Of a stretch of DNA of 64,000 nucleotides, positions 1-9,225 are shown one piece after another; positions within the stretch are counted from its first letter, which is position 1; each line of letters opens with the position of its first letter. The notes beneath the pieces were generated by a model. It saw only the letters and a list, made by a program, of their open reading frames with translations. It was not told the DNA's origin and did not search any database. This stretch comes from Spirochaetia bacterium (GTDB lineage: Bacteria; Spirochaetota; Spirochaetia; SZUA-6; Bin103). A program made the translations under genes and the position numbers. Location: contig CBDAOI010000004.1 of assembly GCA_965198005.1 (NCBI GenBank), positions 64,001-128,000 of the forward strand, read 5' to 3'.

Positions 1-152
1 AGCGGATCGAACAGCACGCCGACCACGGCGACGGTGTCGCCGTCGCGCGCCAGCAGGGTGTTGAAGCTCTTGGGGTCGTTGTTGATCGAGCCGAGCCAAG
101 TGCCGCCGACGGTGCCCAGCTCCCATTCCTGGCCGCCGGGGCGTTCCACCAT
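1..152 (-). CDS. Partial ABC transporter solute-binding protein (family 5-like); runs off the window and appears to lack its own signal peptide
   Basis: Minus strand reads MVERPGGQEWELGTVGGTWLGSINNDPKSFNTLLARDGDTVAVVGVLFDP. GGT...DPKSFN is typical of the N-terminus of peptide SBPs. An in-frame stop at 207-209 leaves no room for a signal peptide. Confidence 0.55.
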   Translation of the reverse strand, partial: MVERPGGQEWELGTVGGTWLGSINNDPKSFNTLLARDGDTVAVVGVLFDP

Positions 153-206
153 CTTGGCGAGGATCCTGCGCGTGAATCTCGAAATGGATGACTGGTGGCC
201 TCGCCG

Positions 207-590
207 TCAGGCAACTCGACCGCGTTTGATGTTGGACAAGTGCTTGTCGAGCGTTGCTTCGACTTCCGGTTTGCCGCCTATGGTGTCATCGTAGAAGATC
301 ACCCGATAGCCGCTGATATCGAATGGCAGATCCCCCCCGCGTCGAGCCAGTAACACCGTTGGCTTGTCGAGGGCATGAGCATACCCAAGCTCATAGAACA
401 CGTTGGCATTGGACGGCGATATTTCGGCGATCACGACATCCGAGTCCAGCAAACCGTTAATGATATCTTGCAGAATTATCCCAGGGCGAAACACGTCATC
501 GGCACGCTGCACCTGGAAGCCGCTTTTTTCACAGACAGGCCGAATCACTTCTCTATACAAGTTGTCGTAGGTGTCCTCGAACTTCATCAC
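207..590 (-). CDS. Nucleoside 2-deoxyribosyltransferase-like (NDT/TIR-related) domain protein, probably a 5'-truncated fragment
   Basis: Motifs RADD, SDVVIAEISPSNANVFYELGYAHALDKP and LPFDI. Reading frame continues upstream (DGTRPKAFIVMKF) without a start. Lower GC than the flanks. Confidence 0.7.
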   Translation of the reverse strand: MMKFEDTYDNLYREVIRPVCEKSGFQVQRADDVFRPGIILQDIINGLLDSDVVIAEISPSNANVFYELGYAHALDKPTVLLARRGGDLPFDISGYRVIFYDDTIGGKPEVEATLDKHLSNIKRGRVA

Positions 591-838
591 TATGAATGCT
601 TTCGGACGTGTCCCGTCGACCAGAAAATCGCGAAACTCGACGACTCCATCCCCGAGATTTGACCTTGCGCCCCATTACCAAGTCATCTCCAACCATACAC
701 GACAACCCAGGCCGCCGCACGGCGCTGCCGACGGGGCACAGAAGCACGTCCAGACGGGCGCTGGGTTTGTCGGGCGCCAGCAGATCGGGCTCCCGCGAGC
801 CGGGCGCCGGCCCGCGCACGTCCAAGACTCGGTGTACT

Positions 839-922
839 TGCCCGGAAGAGGACTCGAACCTCCACAGCCGTACGGCCACTAGACCCTGAACCTAGCGTGT
901 CTACCAATTTCACCATCCGGGC
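839..922 (-). tRNA. tRNA-Leu(CAG)
   Basis: GCCCGGATGGTGAAATTGGTAGACACGCTAGGTTCAGGGTCTAG...GGTTCGAGTCCTCTTCCGGGCA. Anticodon CAG, long variable arm, no encoded CCA. Confidence 0.96.
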
Positions 923-1047
923 GGGATGGGCGGCGCGCCGCCTATCCCGCAACATAGCGCCGGAGGCCGGTTGGTGTCAACTCCTGCGCCGCCGGCGCCG
1001 CCGGCGACGGCGGCGCAACGCGCGCGGCATGATATGGTACGGGATAG

Positions 1048-2205
1048 ATGGAAAGAGGGATGGAAACCGGCGTGCGCATTCTGTTCATCGGGGAGATCGT
1101 CGGCCGGGCCGGGATCTACTGCGTCAAGGCGCTGTTGCCCGGCCTCAAGCGCGAGTTGGGGATCGACCTCACGATCGCGGCGGCCGAGGGCGCCACGGGG
1201 GGCTTCGGGATCGGCAAGGGCCATGCGGTGTACCTGCACAAGCTCGGGGTCGACGTGATCACCACCGGCGACTTCGCCTACTTCAAGCGCGACCTGGTCG
1301 GCCACTTGGCGCAGGCGCCCTACATGCTGCGGCCGGCCAATTACCCGTCCAGCAACCCGGGCCGCGGCTGGCTGGTGACCGGCCGACCCGCCGCCCGCAC
1401 CCGGCAGCCTGACCCGGCACCCGCGCCCGCGCAACCGGCACCGGCAGCCGCCCAGCCGCCACCGGCGCCCGCCCAACCGCCACCGGCGCCCGCCCAGCCG
1501 CCACCGGCAGCCGCCCAGCCGCCACCGGCGCCCGCCCAACCGCCACCGGCCGCCCCCCCAACCGGCGCCCGCCGCCAACCGGCACCCGCCGCCACCCAGC
1601 CGGCGCCTGCCGCCACCGCGCCTGCTGCCGGGGGCGGAGCGGCGCCCGGTCCCGGCCCCCGCCCGCGCGTGGGAATCATCACGCTGCTCGGACAGGCCGG
1701 GTTTCACCGGGTGCACCTGCGCAGCCCGTACGAGTTCGCCCTCCAGCTCGTCGAGCGGGTAAGGCGGGAAACGCCGCTGGTGCTGGTCGACTTTCACGCC
1801 ACCACCACCTCCGAGAAGACCACCATGTGCGCCCTCCTCGACGGCAAGGTGTCGGCCATCGTCGGCACCCACGTGCGTACCCTGTCGGCCGACGCCCGGC
1901 TGCTGCCGCGCGGCACCGCCGCCATCACCCACAGCGGGCGCACCGGCAGTCTGCACTCGGTGGGGGGTCTCGACCCCGTGGTCGAGACCCGCATGCTGAT
2001 CAACCAGGTGCACGAACAGTCGCGCGACGCCTGGGGGTTGCTGGAGCTGCAGGGGGTGGTGCTGGAGCTGGGCGCCGACGGCGCCGCCCGCAGCATCGCC
2101 TCGCTGCGCCGCCAGACCCGCGCTTCGGAGGCGGAGCAGGCGGCCGCCGAAGGTCCGCCGCAGCACCATCCGCGCGCCGGCCGGCGCGGCGACCGGCGCC
2201 GTTGA
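1048..2205 (+). CDS. YmdB-like metallophosphoesterase (TIGR00282 family) with a Pro/Ala/Gln-rich insertion
   Basis: ILFIGEIVG, RPANYP..NPGRGW, VDFHA..TSEK and VGTH motifs. True start may be 1060. Confidence 0.8.
   Translation: MERGMETGVRILFIGEIVGRAGIYCVKALLPGLKRELGIDLTIAAAEGATGGFGIGKGHAVYLHKLGVDVITTGDFAYFKRDLVGHLAQAPYMLRPANYPSSNPGRGWLVTGRPAARTRQPDPAPAPAQPAPAAAQPPPAPAQPPPAPAQPPPAAAQPPPAPAQPPPAAPPTGARRQPAPAATQPAPAATAPAAGGGAAPGPGPRPRVGIITLLGQAGFHRVHLRSPYEFALQLVERVRRETPLVLVDFHATTTSEKTTMCALLDGKVSAIVGTHVRTLSADARLLPRGTAAITHSGRTGSLHSVGGLDPVVETRMLINQVHEQSRDAWGLLELQGVVLELGADGAARSIASLRRQTRASEAEQAAAEGPPQHHPRAGRRGDRRR
1432..1560 (+). repeat. About 6 imperfect 21-nt tandem repeats encoding QPPPA(P/A)A
   Basis: ca(a/g)ccgccaccggc(a/g)(g/c)ccgcc units visible directly. 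Confidence 0.85.
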
Positions 2206-2218
2206 GGAGTCGGCCGGC

Positions 2219-2872
2219 GTGAGCGCAACCCGCCTGCGCCGCGGTGGGAAGGGGCGCCCGCCGCGCGGCGTTTCGGGGCGCCGCTGCCGGGACCGCGGTC
2301 GCGCCGCGGCCCGGGCGCGGCGTACGGCGTTCGCCGCCGCGGCCGCCGCGTTCGCGGTCGCCGCCTGCAGCTTCGACTATCCCACCAAGGGCGCCGACGA
2401 GCTGGCCGAGCAGGTGCCGAAGACGGTGCTCACCGGCGTCACCTACCGGATCGTACGGGACGGTCGGGTGCGGGCGGTGATCGGGGCGCGCCAGGTTGAG
2501 CACTACCCGAGCACCGGCACCGCGCTGCTGATCGGCGCCCACTACACCGAGTTCGACGATGCGGGAACCGTGGTCGCTACCGGCAGCGCCCAGCGCGCGG
2601 TGTACTACACCGAGAGCGAAGACGCGGAACTGGCCGGGGCGATCGACCTGCGGTCCGAGTCGGAGCAGACCGCGGTGCACGCGGGCGTGCTGCGCTGGGC
2701 GAGCAAGCCGCGGGAGCTGAGCGCTCCGGCGGGGGAGGTGGTGGAGCTGGCCCGGGACGATGGCTCGCAGGTACGCGGCGCCGGGTTCACGGCCGACCTG
2801 CGCCGCAAAGCGGTCCGGTTCGCGGCGCCGGTGACCGGCAGCTTCGTCGTCGACGGCGCCGAACATGAGTGA
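2219..2872 (+). CDS. lptC: LPS export ABC transporter periplasmic protein LptC-like
   Basis: Lipobox-like VAAC, beta-jellyroll-like body ending VRGAGFTADL, position upstream of lptA/lptB. Confidence 0.65.
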   Translation: MSATRLRRGGKGRPPRGVSGRRCRDRGRAAARARRTAFAAAAAAFAVAACSFDYPTKGADELAEQVPKTVLTGVTYRIVRDGRVRAVIGARQVEHYPSTGTALLIGAHYTEFDDAGTVVATGSAQRAVYYTESEDAELAGAIDLRSESEQTAVHAGVLRWASKPRELSAPAGEVVELARDDGSQVRGAGFTADLRRKAVRFAAPVTGSFVVDGAEHE

Positions 2873-3653
2873 CCCAGGCCGCAGCCGCCGGCCTGCCGGC
2901 CCGCGCGCCGGCGGGTGGTGGCGTCCGGCCGCGCTGGCCGTGCGTGCGGCCGGAGCCGCCGCGCTGTTGCTGCTGGCGGCGGCGGCCGCGGGCGCTGACG
3001 AGGCCGCCGGCGCTGACGAGGCCGGTGCCGCTGCCGGCAGCGGCGCCGACAACGGCGCCGACCGGTTCTCGTTCGCCGCCGACCTGATGGAGACCGTGCT
3101 GGCGGAGGGGCGTGAACATACGCTGCTCAGCGGTCATGCCACGCTGACCTCGCGCGACACGCGGATCACAGCCGATACCATCGAGCTGTTCGGCGAAGAG
3201 TTCGGCGCGGTCCGCGCCGCCGGCGAGGTGCGGGTGGTGAACGCGGTACGCGGTATCGAGATCAGGAGTCAGACCCTGATCTACGACCGCGACCAGCAGA
3301 TCGTGCGCATCCCGGCCGAGGCCCTGCTGGTGGACCGCGAACACGACCTGGTGATCAAGGGTGGCTACCTCGAGCACTGGGAGGAGCGCGACCAGACGGT
3401 GATCCAGATTCAGGTGCGGATTCTGGGCGACGACCTGGTGGCGCGCGCCGAGCACGTGCGCTACGACCGCGCCCGCCAGCTCCTGGAGCTGAGCGGGCTG
3501 CCGCGGGTGACCTGGAAGGGCGACGAGTTCCGGGCGGCGCACATCGCCATCGACCTGGAGACGGAGCGGATCGAGCTGGAGGGCGCGGTCAGCGGGCTCA
3601 TTACCCGTGACGAGGATGGCGGCGAGGCCGGCGGTGAGGCCGGCGGTGAGTGA
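2865..3653 (+). CDS. lptA: LptA/OstA-like periplasmic protein
   Basis: Signal peptide, repeated I-x-A-D/Y-D beta motifs, translationally coupled to lptB. Confidence 0.65.
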   Translation: MSDPGRSRRPAGPRAGGWWRPAALAVRAAGAAALLLLAAAAAGADEAAGADEAGAAAGSGADNGADRFSFAADLMETVLAEGREHTLLSGHATLTSRDTRITADTIELFGEEFGAVRAAGEVRVVNAVRGIEIRSQTLIYDRDQQIVRIPAEALLVDREHDLVIKGGYLEHWEERDQTVIQIQVRILGDDLVARAEHVRYDRARQLLELSGLPRVTWKGDEFRAAHIAIDLETERIELEGAVSGLITRDEDGGEAGGEAGGE

Positions 3654-4380
3654 CCCGGCGACGCTCGAGGTGGCCGGGCTGCGCCGGCGGTTCGGCCGCA
3701 AGGAGGTGGTGCGGGGGGTCTCGTTCGCGATGCAGGCGGGCGAGGTGGTGGGGCTGCTGGGCCCCAACGGCGCCGGCAAGACCACCGTGTTCTACATGGT
3801 GGTCGGCTTCATCCGCCCGACTGCCGGGCGCATCTTCCTTGGCGGCACCGACATCTCGCGCCTGCCGATGTTCCGGCGCGCGCGGCTCGGCATCTCCTAT
3901 CTGCCGCAGGAAGCGTCGGTGTTTCGCAAGTTGACCGTGGAGCAGAACATCCTGGCGGTGCTCGAGCTCCAGCGCGGCATCTCCCGCCGCGCCCGGCGCC
4001 GGCGCTGCGATGAGCTGCTCGACCAGCTCGGCATCGGTGACCTGCGCCACCAGCGCGCGCAGACCCTGTCCGGCGGCGAGCGCCGGCGTACCGAAATCGC
4101 GCGCGCGCTCGCTACCGGCCCGAAGTTCCTGCTGCTGGACGAGCCGTTCACCGGCGTCGATCCGATCGCGGTGCAGGAGATCAAGCGGATCATCCTCAGC
4201 CTGGCCGAGGCCGGCATCGGCGTCCTGATTACCGACCACAACGTGCGCGACACCCTGGAGATCACCAGCCGCAGCTACATTCTGCGGCTGGGCAGGCTCA
4301 TGGTCAGCGGTACGCCGGCCGAATTGCTCGACAATGCCGAGGCGCGCGCTCTCTACCTGGGGCGCGACTTCAGAATGTAG
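3646..4380 (+). CDS. lptB: LPS export ABC transporter ATP-binding protein
   Basis: GPNGAGKTT, YLPQEASVFRKL, LSGGERRR, LLDEPF, ITDHNVRDTL. Confidence 0.95.
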   Translation: MSDPATLEVAGLRRRFGRKEVVRGVSFAMQAGEVVGLLGPNGAGKTTVFYMVVGFIRPTAGRIFLGGTDISRLPMFRRARLGISYLPQEASVFRKLTVEQNILAVLELQRGISRRARRRRCDELLDQLGIGDLRHQRAQTLSGGERRRTEIARALATGPKFLLLDEPFTGVDPIAVQEIKRIILSLAEAGIGVLITDHNVRDTLEITSRSYILRLGRLMVSGTPAELLDNAEARALYLGRDFRM

Positions 4381-4499
4381 CACCTGCCGGCGCTCCGCCG
4401 CGCGACCGGCGCCTACCGGCGCGACCGGCGCCGGCCGTACCGGCGCGACCGGCGCCTCGTTGACAAACAGGTGGCCCGCACCCCCACCATGCAGGCGAG

Positions 4500-5900
4500 A
4501 TGTTGTCGCAACGGCCCGTCCTGCGCCAGGAGCAGCGCCTCAAGATGACGCCGCAGCTCTACCAGGCGATCCGCATCATGGCGCTGCCGGTGCAGGAGCT
4601 GAAGGCCACGATCGAGGACGAGTTGGAGCGCAACCCGGCGCTCGAGGTGATTGCCGACAACTCCACCACGTCGCTGGACACCGGTCCCGAGCGGCGGGAG
4701 GAGGAGAGCGTGTTCGCCGAGTCCTCCGACCCCGGTTACCTGAACGGGCGCGGCGGCACCGACGACGACGCCAAACGGAGGTTCCTCGAGGGTGCGTTGG
4801 CGCGGCCCGATTCGTTACAGGATCACCTGCTGTGGCAGCTCCGCCTGCAGCCGCTGCACCCGCAGGAGTTCGCGCTCGGCGAGCTTCTGGTCCACAATCT
4901 CGATCACAACGGGTTCTTCCTGGAGGAGCCTTCGACGCTCGATCCGGCCGCGCCCGCGGCCCGGCTGCAGAAGCTGATCGAGCTGATCCAGGGGTTCGAT
5001 CCGACCGGGTGCTGCACGCGCGACTACACCGACTCGCTGCTGGCCCAGATCCGGGTCCATCCCCATCCCGAACCCGGCAGCGCCGAGCTGGTGTGCGGCC
5101 AGATGGAGCTGGCGGAGCGCGGCAAGATCCCCGAGATCGCGCGCAACCTGAAGCTCCCGGAGGCGCAGGTCCACCGGATTCTCGCCTTCGTGCGCGAGCT
5201 CGATCCGATTCCGGGCCGCAATTTCAGCGCGGAGCAGGTCCGGTACGTGACGCCCGACGTCATCGTGAAGGAGACTGGCGGCGAGTTCACGCTGCTGGTC
5301 GACGACGAGCAGATCCCGGTGCTGGGCGTGAATCAGTTCTTCGACGAGCTCAGCCGCGCCAGCGACGATCGCGACCTCAAGAAGTTCGTGAACAACGGAC
5401 TGCGCGACGCGCGCTGGTTCATCCGCAGCATCGACGAACGCCGCCGATCGCTGATCAAGGTCGCGCGCGCGGTGGTCGAGTTTCAGCGCGCGTTCTTCCG
5501 CGGCGGCCCCAAGCACCTGGTGCCGCTCACCCTCAAGGACGTGGCCCACGAGGTGGGGGTGCACGAGGCCACCGTATCGCGCCTCGCCAACGGCAGGTAC
5601 GTGCAGACCGAGTTCGGGACGTTCGAGCTGCGCTATTTCTTCACCAATTCGATTTCCGGCTCGGGATCGAAGGGGTCGCGCTTCTCGAAGCAGGGCGTAA
5701 AGGAAATGATCCGTGAGGTGATTCTGGACGCCGACGCTCCCGGCGGCGGCGCACCCGGAGGCGACGGCAAACCGTTATCGGACAGTCGGATCGCGCTGAT
5801 TCTGGCCGAGAAGGGTGTCCACATCGCGCGGCGCACGGTCACCAAGTATCGCCGCGAGCTGGACATCGACAGCTCGTACCGGCGCACCGGAAGCGCCTGA
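4500..5900 (+). CDS. rpoN: RNA polymerase sigma-54 factor
   Basis: Q/L-rich region I, HEATVSR helix-turn-helix, RpoN box ARRTVTKYR. Confidence 0.97.
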   Translation: MLSQRPVLRQEQRLKMTPQLYQAIRIMALPVQELKATIEDELERNPALEVIADNSTTSLDTGPERREEESVFAESSDPGYLNGRGGTDDDAKRRFLEGALARPDSLQDHLLWQLRLQPLHPQEFALGELLVHNLDHNGFFLEEPSTLDPAAPAARLQKLIELIQGFDPTGCCTRDYTDSLLAQIRVHPHPEPGSAELVCGQMELAERGKIPEIARNLKLPEAQVHRILAFVRELDPIPGRNFSAEQVRYVTPDVIVKETGGEFTLLVDDEQIPVLGVNQFFDELSRASDDRDLKKFVNNGLRDARWFIRSIDERRRSLIKVARAVVEFQRAFFRGGPKHLVPLTLKDVAHEVGVHEATVSRLANGRYVQTEFGTFELRYFFTNSISGSGSKGSRFSKQGVKEMIREVILDADAPGGGAPGGDGKPLSDSRIALILAEKGVHIARRTVTKYRRELDIDSSYRRTGSA

Positions 5901-5914
5901 AGAAGGAGGCAGAC

Positions 5915-6238
5915 GTGCAATTGAACCTGAAGGCGGTCCACTTCGATCTCAATCCCCACCAGCGCGAGCATATCGACAAACGGCTGCAGCGGCTCACCTA
6001 CGGGCGCGACTATCTGCACGATCTGGCGATTACGCTGACCCGCGAAGGCAGCATGTTTCACGCCGACGCCTCGCTCCATTTCCGGTGGGGCCCTACCACC
6101 CACTTGCGGGTCAGCGGCTACGACGTGCTGGAGGCGTTCGACCGGCTGTTCGACAAGACCCAGGCCAAGATCAGCAAGGAAAAGGACAAGATCACGCACG
6201 TCGCCCACCGCGACCCCGAACGGGATTCCCGAGCATGA
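5915..6238 (+). CDS. hpf: Ribosome hibernation promoting factor / RaiA family
   Basis: Size, position after rpoN, sigma-54 modulation protein pattern ending AFDRLFDK...KEKDK. Confidence 0.85.
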   Translation: MQLNLKAVHFDLNPHQREHIDKRLQRLTYGRDYLHDLAITLTREGSMFHADASLHFRWGPTTHLRVSGYDVLEAFDRLFDKTQAKISKEKDKITHVAHRDPERDSRA

Positions 6239-6245
6239 TCGCCGC

Positions 6246-7208
6246 ATGACCGTGCTCGACCTGCTGCAGCTCGACCTGAAGGAGCACGAAGCGCTGGAGC
6301 TGACCTGCATCGGCGGCCGGCGCGGCCTGACCGCCGAGTTGACCGGTCCCGAGCTGAACCGGCCGGGGCTCGCCCTCGGCGGCTTCTACGACAGCTTCGC
6401 CTATCAGCGGATCCAGGTGTTCGGCCGCGGTGAGAGCGCCTATCTGCGCAAGCTGGCGGCCGAGGGCTCCACCTCGTCGCTGGAGCGGTTGGTGCGCTAC
6501 GACCTGCCGTGCAGTGCGTTCACCCACGGCATTGATCCGACTCCCGACTTCATGCGCCTGTCGGAAGCGGCCGGACGCGCGGTGCTGCAGACCTCCCTCC
6601 CGACCGCCGACTTCACCGCGCGCGTGGCGCGCATCCTGTCCTTGATGTTCGCGCCGTCGGTGCGCGTGCACGGCGTGATGCTCGAGGTGTTCGGTCTCGG
6701 CGTGCTGATCCAGGGACCGAGCGGAGTCGGCAAGAGCGAGGCGGCGCTGGCGCTGGTCGAGCGCGGCCACCGGCTGGTGGCCGACGACGTGGTGGAGGTG
6801 CGTCTGGTCGGCGGCAACGTGCTGCGTGCCAGCGGCACCCGCGTCGCCAGCCACCACATGGAGATTCGCGGACTCGGGATCATCAACATCTCCCACCTGT
6901 TCGGCGTCGGCGCGGTGCTCGATTCCCAGAACGTGCAGCTCGTGGTGCGGCTCGAGGAGTGGGACGCCAACGAAGCCTACGACCGGTTGGGGCTGGAAGA
7001 ACGCACCGTGGGGTTCCTCGGCGTAGGCGTGCGCGAAGTCCTGATTCCGGTGCGCCCGGGACGCCCGATCTGGATTATCATAGAGACCGCGACCATGAAT
7101 GAACGGTTGAAGCACATGGGGTACTACTCGGCGGCCGAGTTCAACCGCAACGTGACCCGCTGGATCGAAAGCCGTCAGCCGCACGCGGTGTCGATCGAGG
7201 AGTGGTAA
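6246..7208 (+). CDS. hprK: HPr(Ser) kinase/phosphorylase
   Basis: NRPGLALGG, GPSGVGKSE, HRLVADD, MEIRGLGII. Confidence 0.96.
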   Translation: MTVLDLLQLDLKEHEALELTCIGGRRGLTAELTGPELNRPGLALGGFYDSFAYQRIQVFGRGESAYLRKLAAEGSTSSLERLVRYDLPCSAFTHGIDPTPDFMRLSEAAGRAVLQTSLPTADFTARVARILSLMFAPSVRVHGVMLEVFGLGVLIQGPSGVGKSEAALALVERGHRLVADDVVEVRLVGGNVLRASGTRVASHHMEIRGLGIINISHLFGVGAVLDSQNVQLVVRLEEWDANEAYDRLGLEERTVGFLGVGVREVLIPVRPGRPIWIIIETATMNERLKHMGYYSAAEFNRNVTRWIESRQPHAVSIEEW

Positions 7209-7224
7209 CCTGCAGGAACAGGAC

Positions 7225-7476
7225 GTGCTGATCACCAACCGGGCCGGGATTCATGCCCGTCCGGCGGCCAAGCTGGTACAGACCGCCAGCCGGTTTTCTG
7301 CCGATATTTTCTTCGAGAGCAATGGCGAGCGGGTCAACGGCAAGTCGATCATGGGGATCATTACGCTCGGCGCCACCTACCGGACGACGATCCGGATCAT
7401 CGCCGACGGGGCGGACGAACGCGACGCGGTGGCGGCTCTCGCGGCGCTGTTCGAACACCGCTTCGAGGATGGCTGA
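7225..7476 (+). CDS. ptsH: Phosphocarrier protein HPr
   Basis: GIHARPA and NGKSIMG motifs. Confidence 0.95.
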   Translation: MLITNRAGIHARPAAKLVQTASRFSADIFFESNGERVNGKSIMGIITLGATYRTTIRIIADGADERDAVAALAALFEHRFEDG

Positions 7477-7577
7477 GCTACGGTGAGCACGGTGAGCACG
7501 GTGAGTAGGGTCAGTTCGGTCAGAGGTGCCCCTTGGCACGAACCGATCCGGGTGCGTAAACTACGCGCGGGAACGCG

Positions 7578-8183
7578 ATGAAGGGCCTGACTTCCCGCCA
7601 GCTCGAGTTGATCGCCTGGATCGGGGGATACATTGAGGAACACCGGTATTCGCCGTCGGTTCGCGAGCTGTCCGAGCACTTCCGGATTTCGACTGCGGGC
7701 GCGTACGACCACCTCATTGCGCTGCGCAAGAAGGGCGCCATCAGTTTCGGCAACGGCCGCTACCGCGCGCTCGAGGTGCTCGCCGGGGATCCGGCCCAGC
7801 GCGCGCAGCAGATGGTGCGCGTGCCGTTGCTCGGGCGCGTCGCCGCCGGCGTGCCGCTGTTCGCGGAGGAGAACTTCGAAGGCACCGTCGGCGTCTCGCG
7901 CGAGCTGCTCGGGTCGGGCGACTACTTCGCTCTGCGCGTGCAGGGCGACAGCATGCGCGACGCCGGTATCCTGGAGGGCGATACCGCCGTGGTGCGGCAC
8001 CAGGAGACCTCCCGCAACGGCGACATAGTGGTGGCGATGATCGAAGAGGCGGTAACCCTGAAGCGGTTCTTTCTCGAAACCAACCGCGTGCGGCTGCAGG
8101 CGGAGAATCCCGCCTATCCTCCCATCTTCACCCGCAATCTCAGGATCCTCGGCAAGCTGCGAGCCCTGCTCCGTGCCTACTAA
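7578..8183 (+). CDS. lexA: SOS repressor LexA
   Basis: LTSRQ..PSVREL wHTH, GRVAAG cleavage site, GDSM and TLKR catalytic Ser/Lys. Confidence 0.95.
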   Translation: MKGLTSRQLELIAWIGGYIEEHRYSPSVRELSEHFRISTAGAYDHLIALRKKGAISFGNGRYRALEVLAGDPAQRAQQMVRVPLLGRVAAGVPLFAEENFEGTVGVSRELLGSGDYFALRVQGDSMRDAGILEGDTAVVRHQETSRNGDIVVAMIEEAVTLKRFFLETNRVRLQAENPAYPPIFTRNLRILGKLRALLRAY

Positions 8184-9225
8184 GCCGGCGCGACCCGCGC
8201 GGCCGGCCGCCGCCGGACCCGGCGCGCAGCCGGGGGGCGTGCGCCTGCTGCTCGGCCCCGATACCGGCAAGAAAGGGGCGTTCGTCGACCGTGTCGTGGC
8301 CGCCGCCGAGGCCCGCTTCGGCGCCACCGAGGTGCTGCGCACCTTCCCGTACGACACCGACCTGGTCGACCTGGTCGCAACCCTGCGCACCCCCGGGCTG
8401 TTCACGGCGCACCGGGTGGTGGTGCTGCAGGAGGTCCAGGACCTGCGCGCCGGCGCGCAGCTCGACGCGCTGCTCGCGTACTGCCGGGACCCCGCGCCCG
8501 CCAGCACCCTGCTGCTCACCGCGGGCGGCACCGCGCGCGACCTGCTGGTCGCCCTCCCGCGCGCGGTGGGCAGCGCCCGCACCACGATGTTCTGGGAGAT
8601 GTTCGAGAACCAGCGCCAGGGCTGGCTGGTGAACTACTTCCGCGCGCGCGGCAGCGTGCTCGAGCCCGCCGCGTGCGCGCTGATCCTGGAGATGCTGCCG
8701 GCCAACACCGCCGACCTGGAGGCGTTGTGCGGCAACCTGGCCAGTTTCCTGGGGCGCGGCGCGACCATAACCGTGGCGGAGATCGAGCAGTACCTGTTCC
8801 ACAGCCGCCAAGAGAACGTGTTCACGCTGTTCGACCGGGTGGCGGAGCGCGACCTGCAGGGCGCGCTGGAAACCGTGGCCACCCTGCTGCTGGCACGCAG
8901 CGGCGACGCGGTGCAGATCGTCGGCGTCCTGCTCAGCCAGTTTCAACGCCTGACTCAGCTCAAGGAGTTGCTCGCGGAGCGCACGGCGGAGAGCGTCGCG
9001 TACCAGAAGCTGCGCATCTCCAGCAAGCGGATGCAGCACACCTACCGCACCGCTCACCGCCAGTACCACGCCGCCGAGATGGCGCCGATCCAGCGGCTGC
9101 TGGTGGAGTTCGACACCCGCACGCGGCTGTTCAATCAGGAGCTGACCGAGCCGCTGCTGCAGCTCCTTCTGTATCATCTTGTCGTGCGAGGTGGGCGAGG
9201 AGGGTGGCGGCAGTTTCGCGTGTGA
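8173..9225 (+). CDS. holA: DNA polymerase III delta subunit
   Basis: LLLGPDTGKK, LRTPGLF..HRVVV, ENVFTLFD; typical size. Confidence 0.8.
   Translation: MPTKPARPARPAAAGPGAQPGGVRLLLGPDTGKKGAFVDRVVAAAEARFGATEVLRTFPYDTDLVDLVATLRTPGLFTAHRVVVLQEVQDLRAGAQLDALLAYCRDPAPASTLLLTAGGTARDLLVALPRAVGSARTTMFWEMFENQRQGWLVNYFRARGSVLEPAACALILEMLPANTADLEALCGNLASFLGRGATITVAEIEQYLFHSRQENVFTLFDRVAERDLQGALETVATLLLARSGDAVQIVGVLLSQFQRLTQLKELLAERTAESVAYQKLRISSKRMQHTYRTAHRQYHAAEMAPIQRLLVEFDTRTRLFNQELTEPLLQLLLYHLVVRGGRGGWRQFRV

Noticed and set aside
4395-4490. accggcgc repeats and TTGACA upstream of rpoN; acggtgagc x3 near 7480
   Set aside because: Low-complexity microsatellites; the nearest -10 candidate is weak and 19 nt away, so no regulatory claim is supported.
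7533-7550. Sigma-54 promoter before lexA (TGGCACG); similar site at 13424
   Set aside because: No TTGC/GC at the required -12 spacing.
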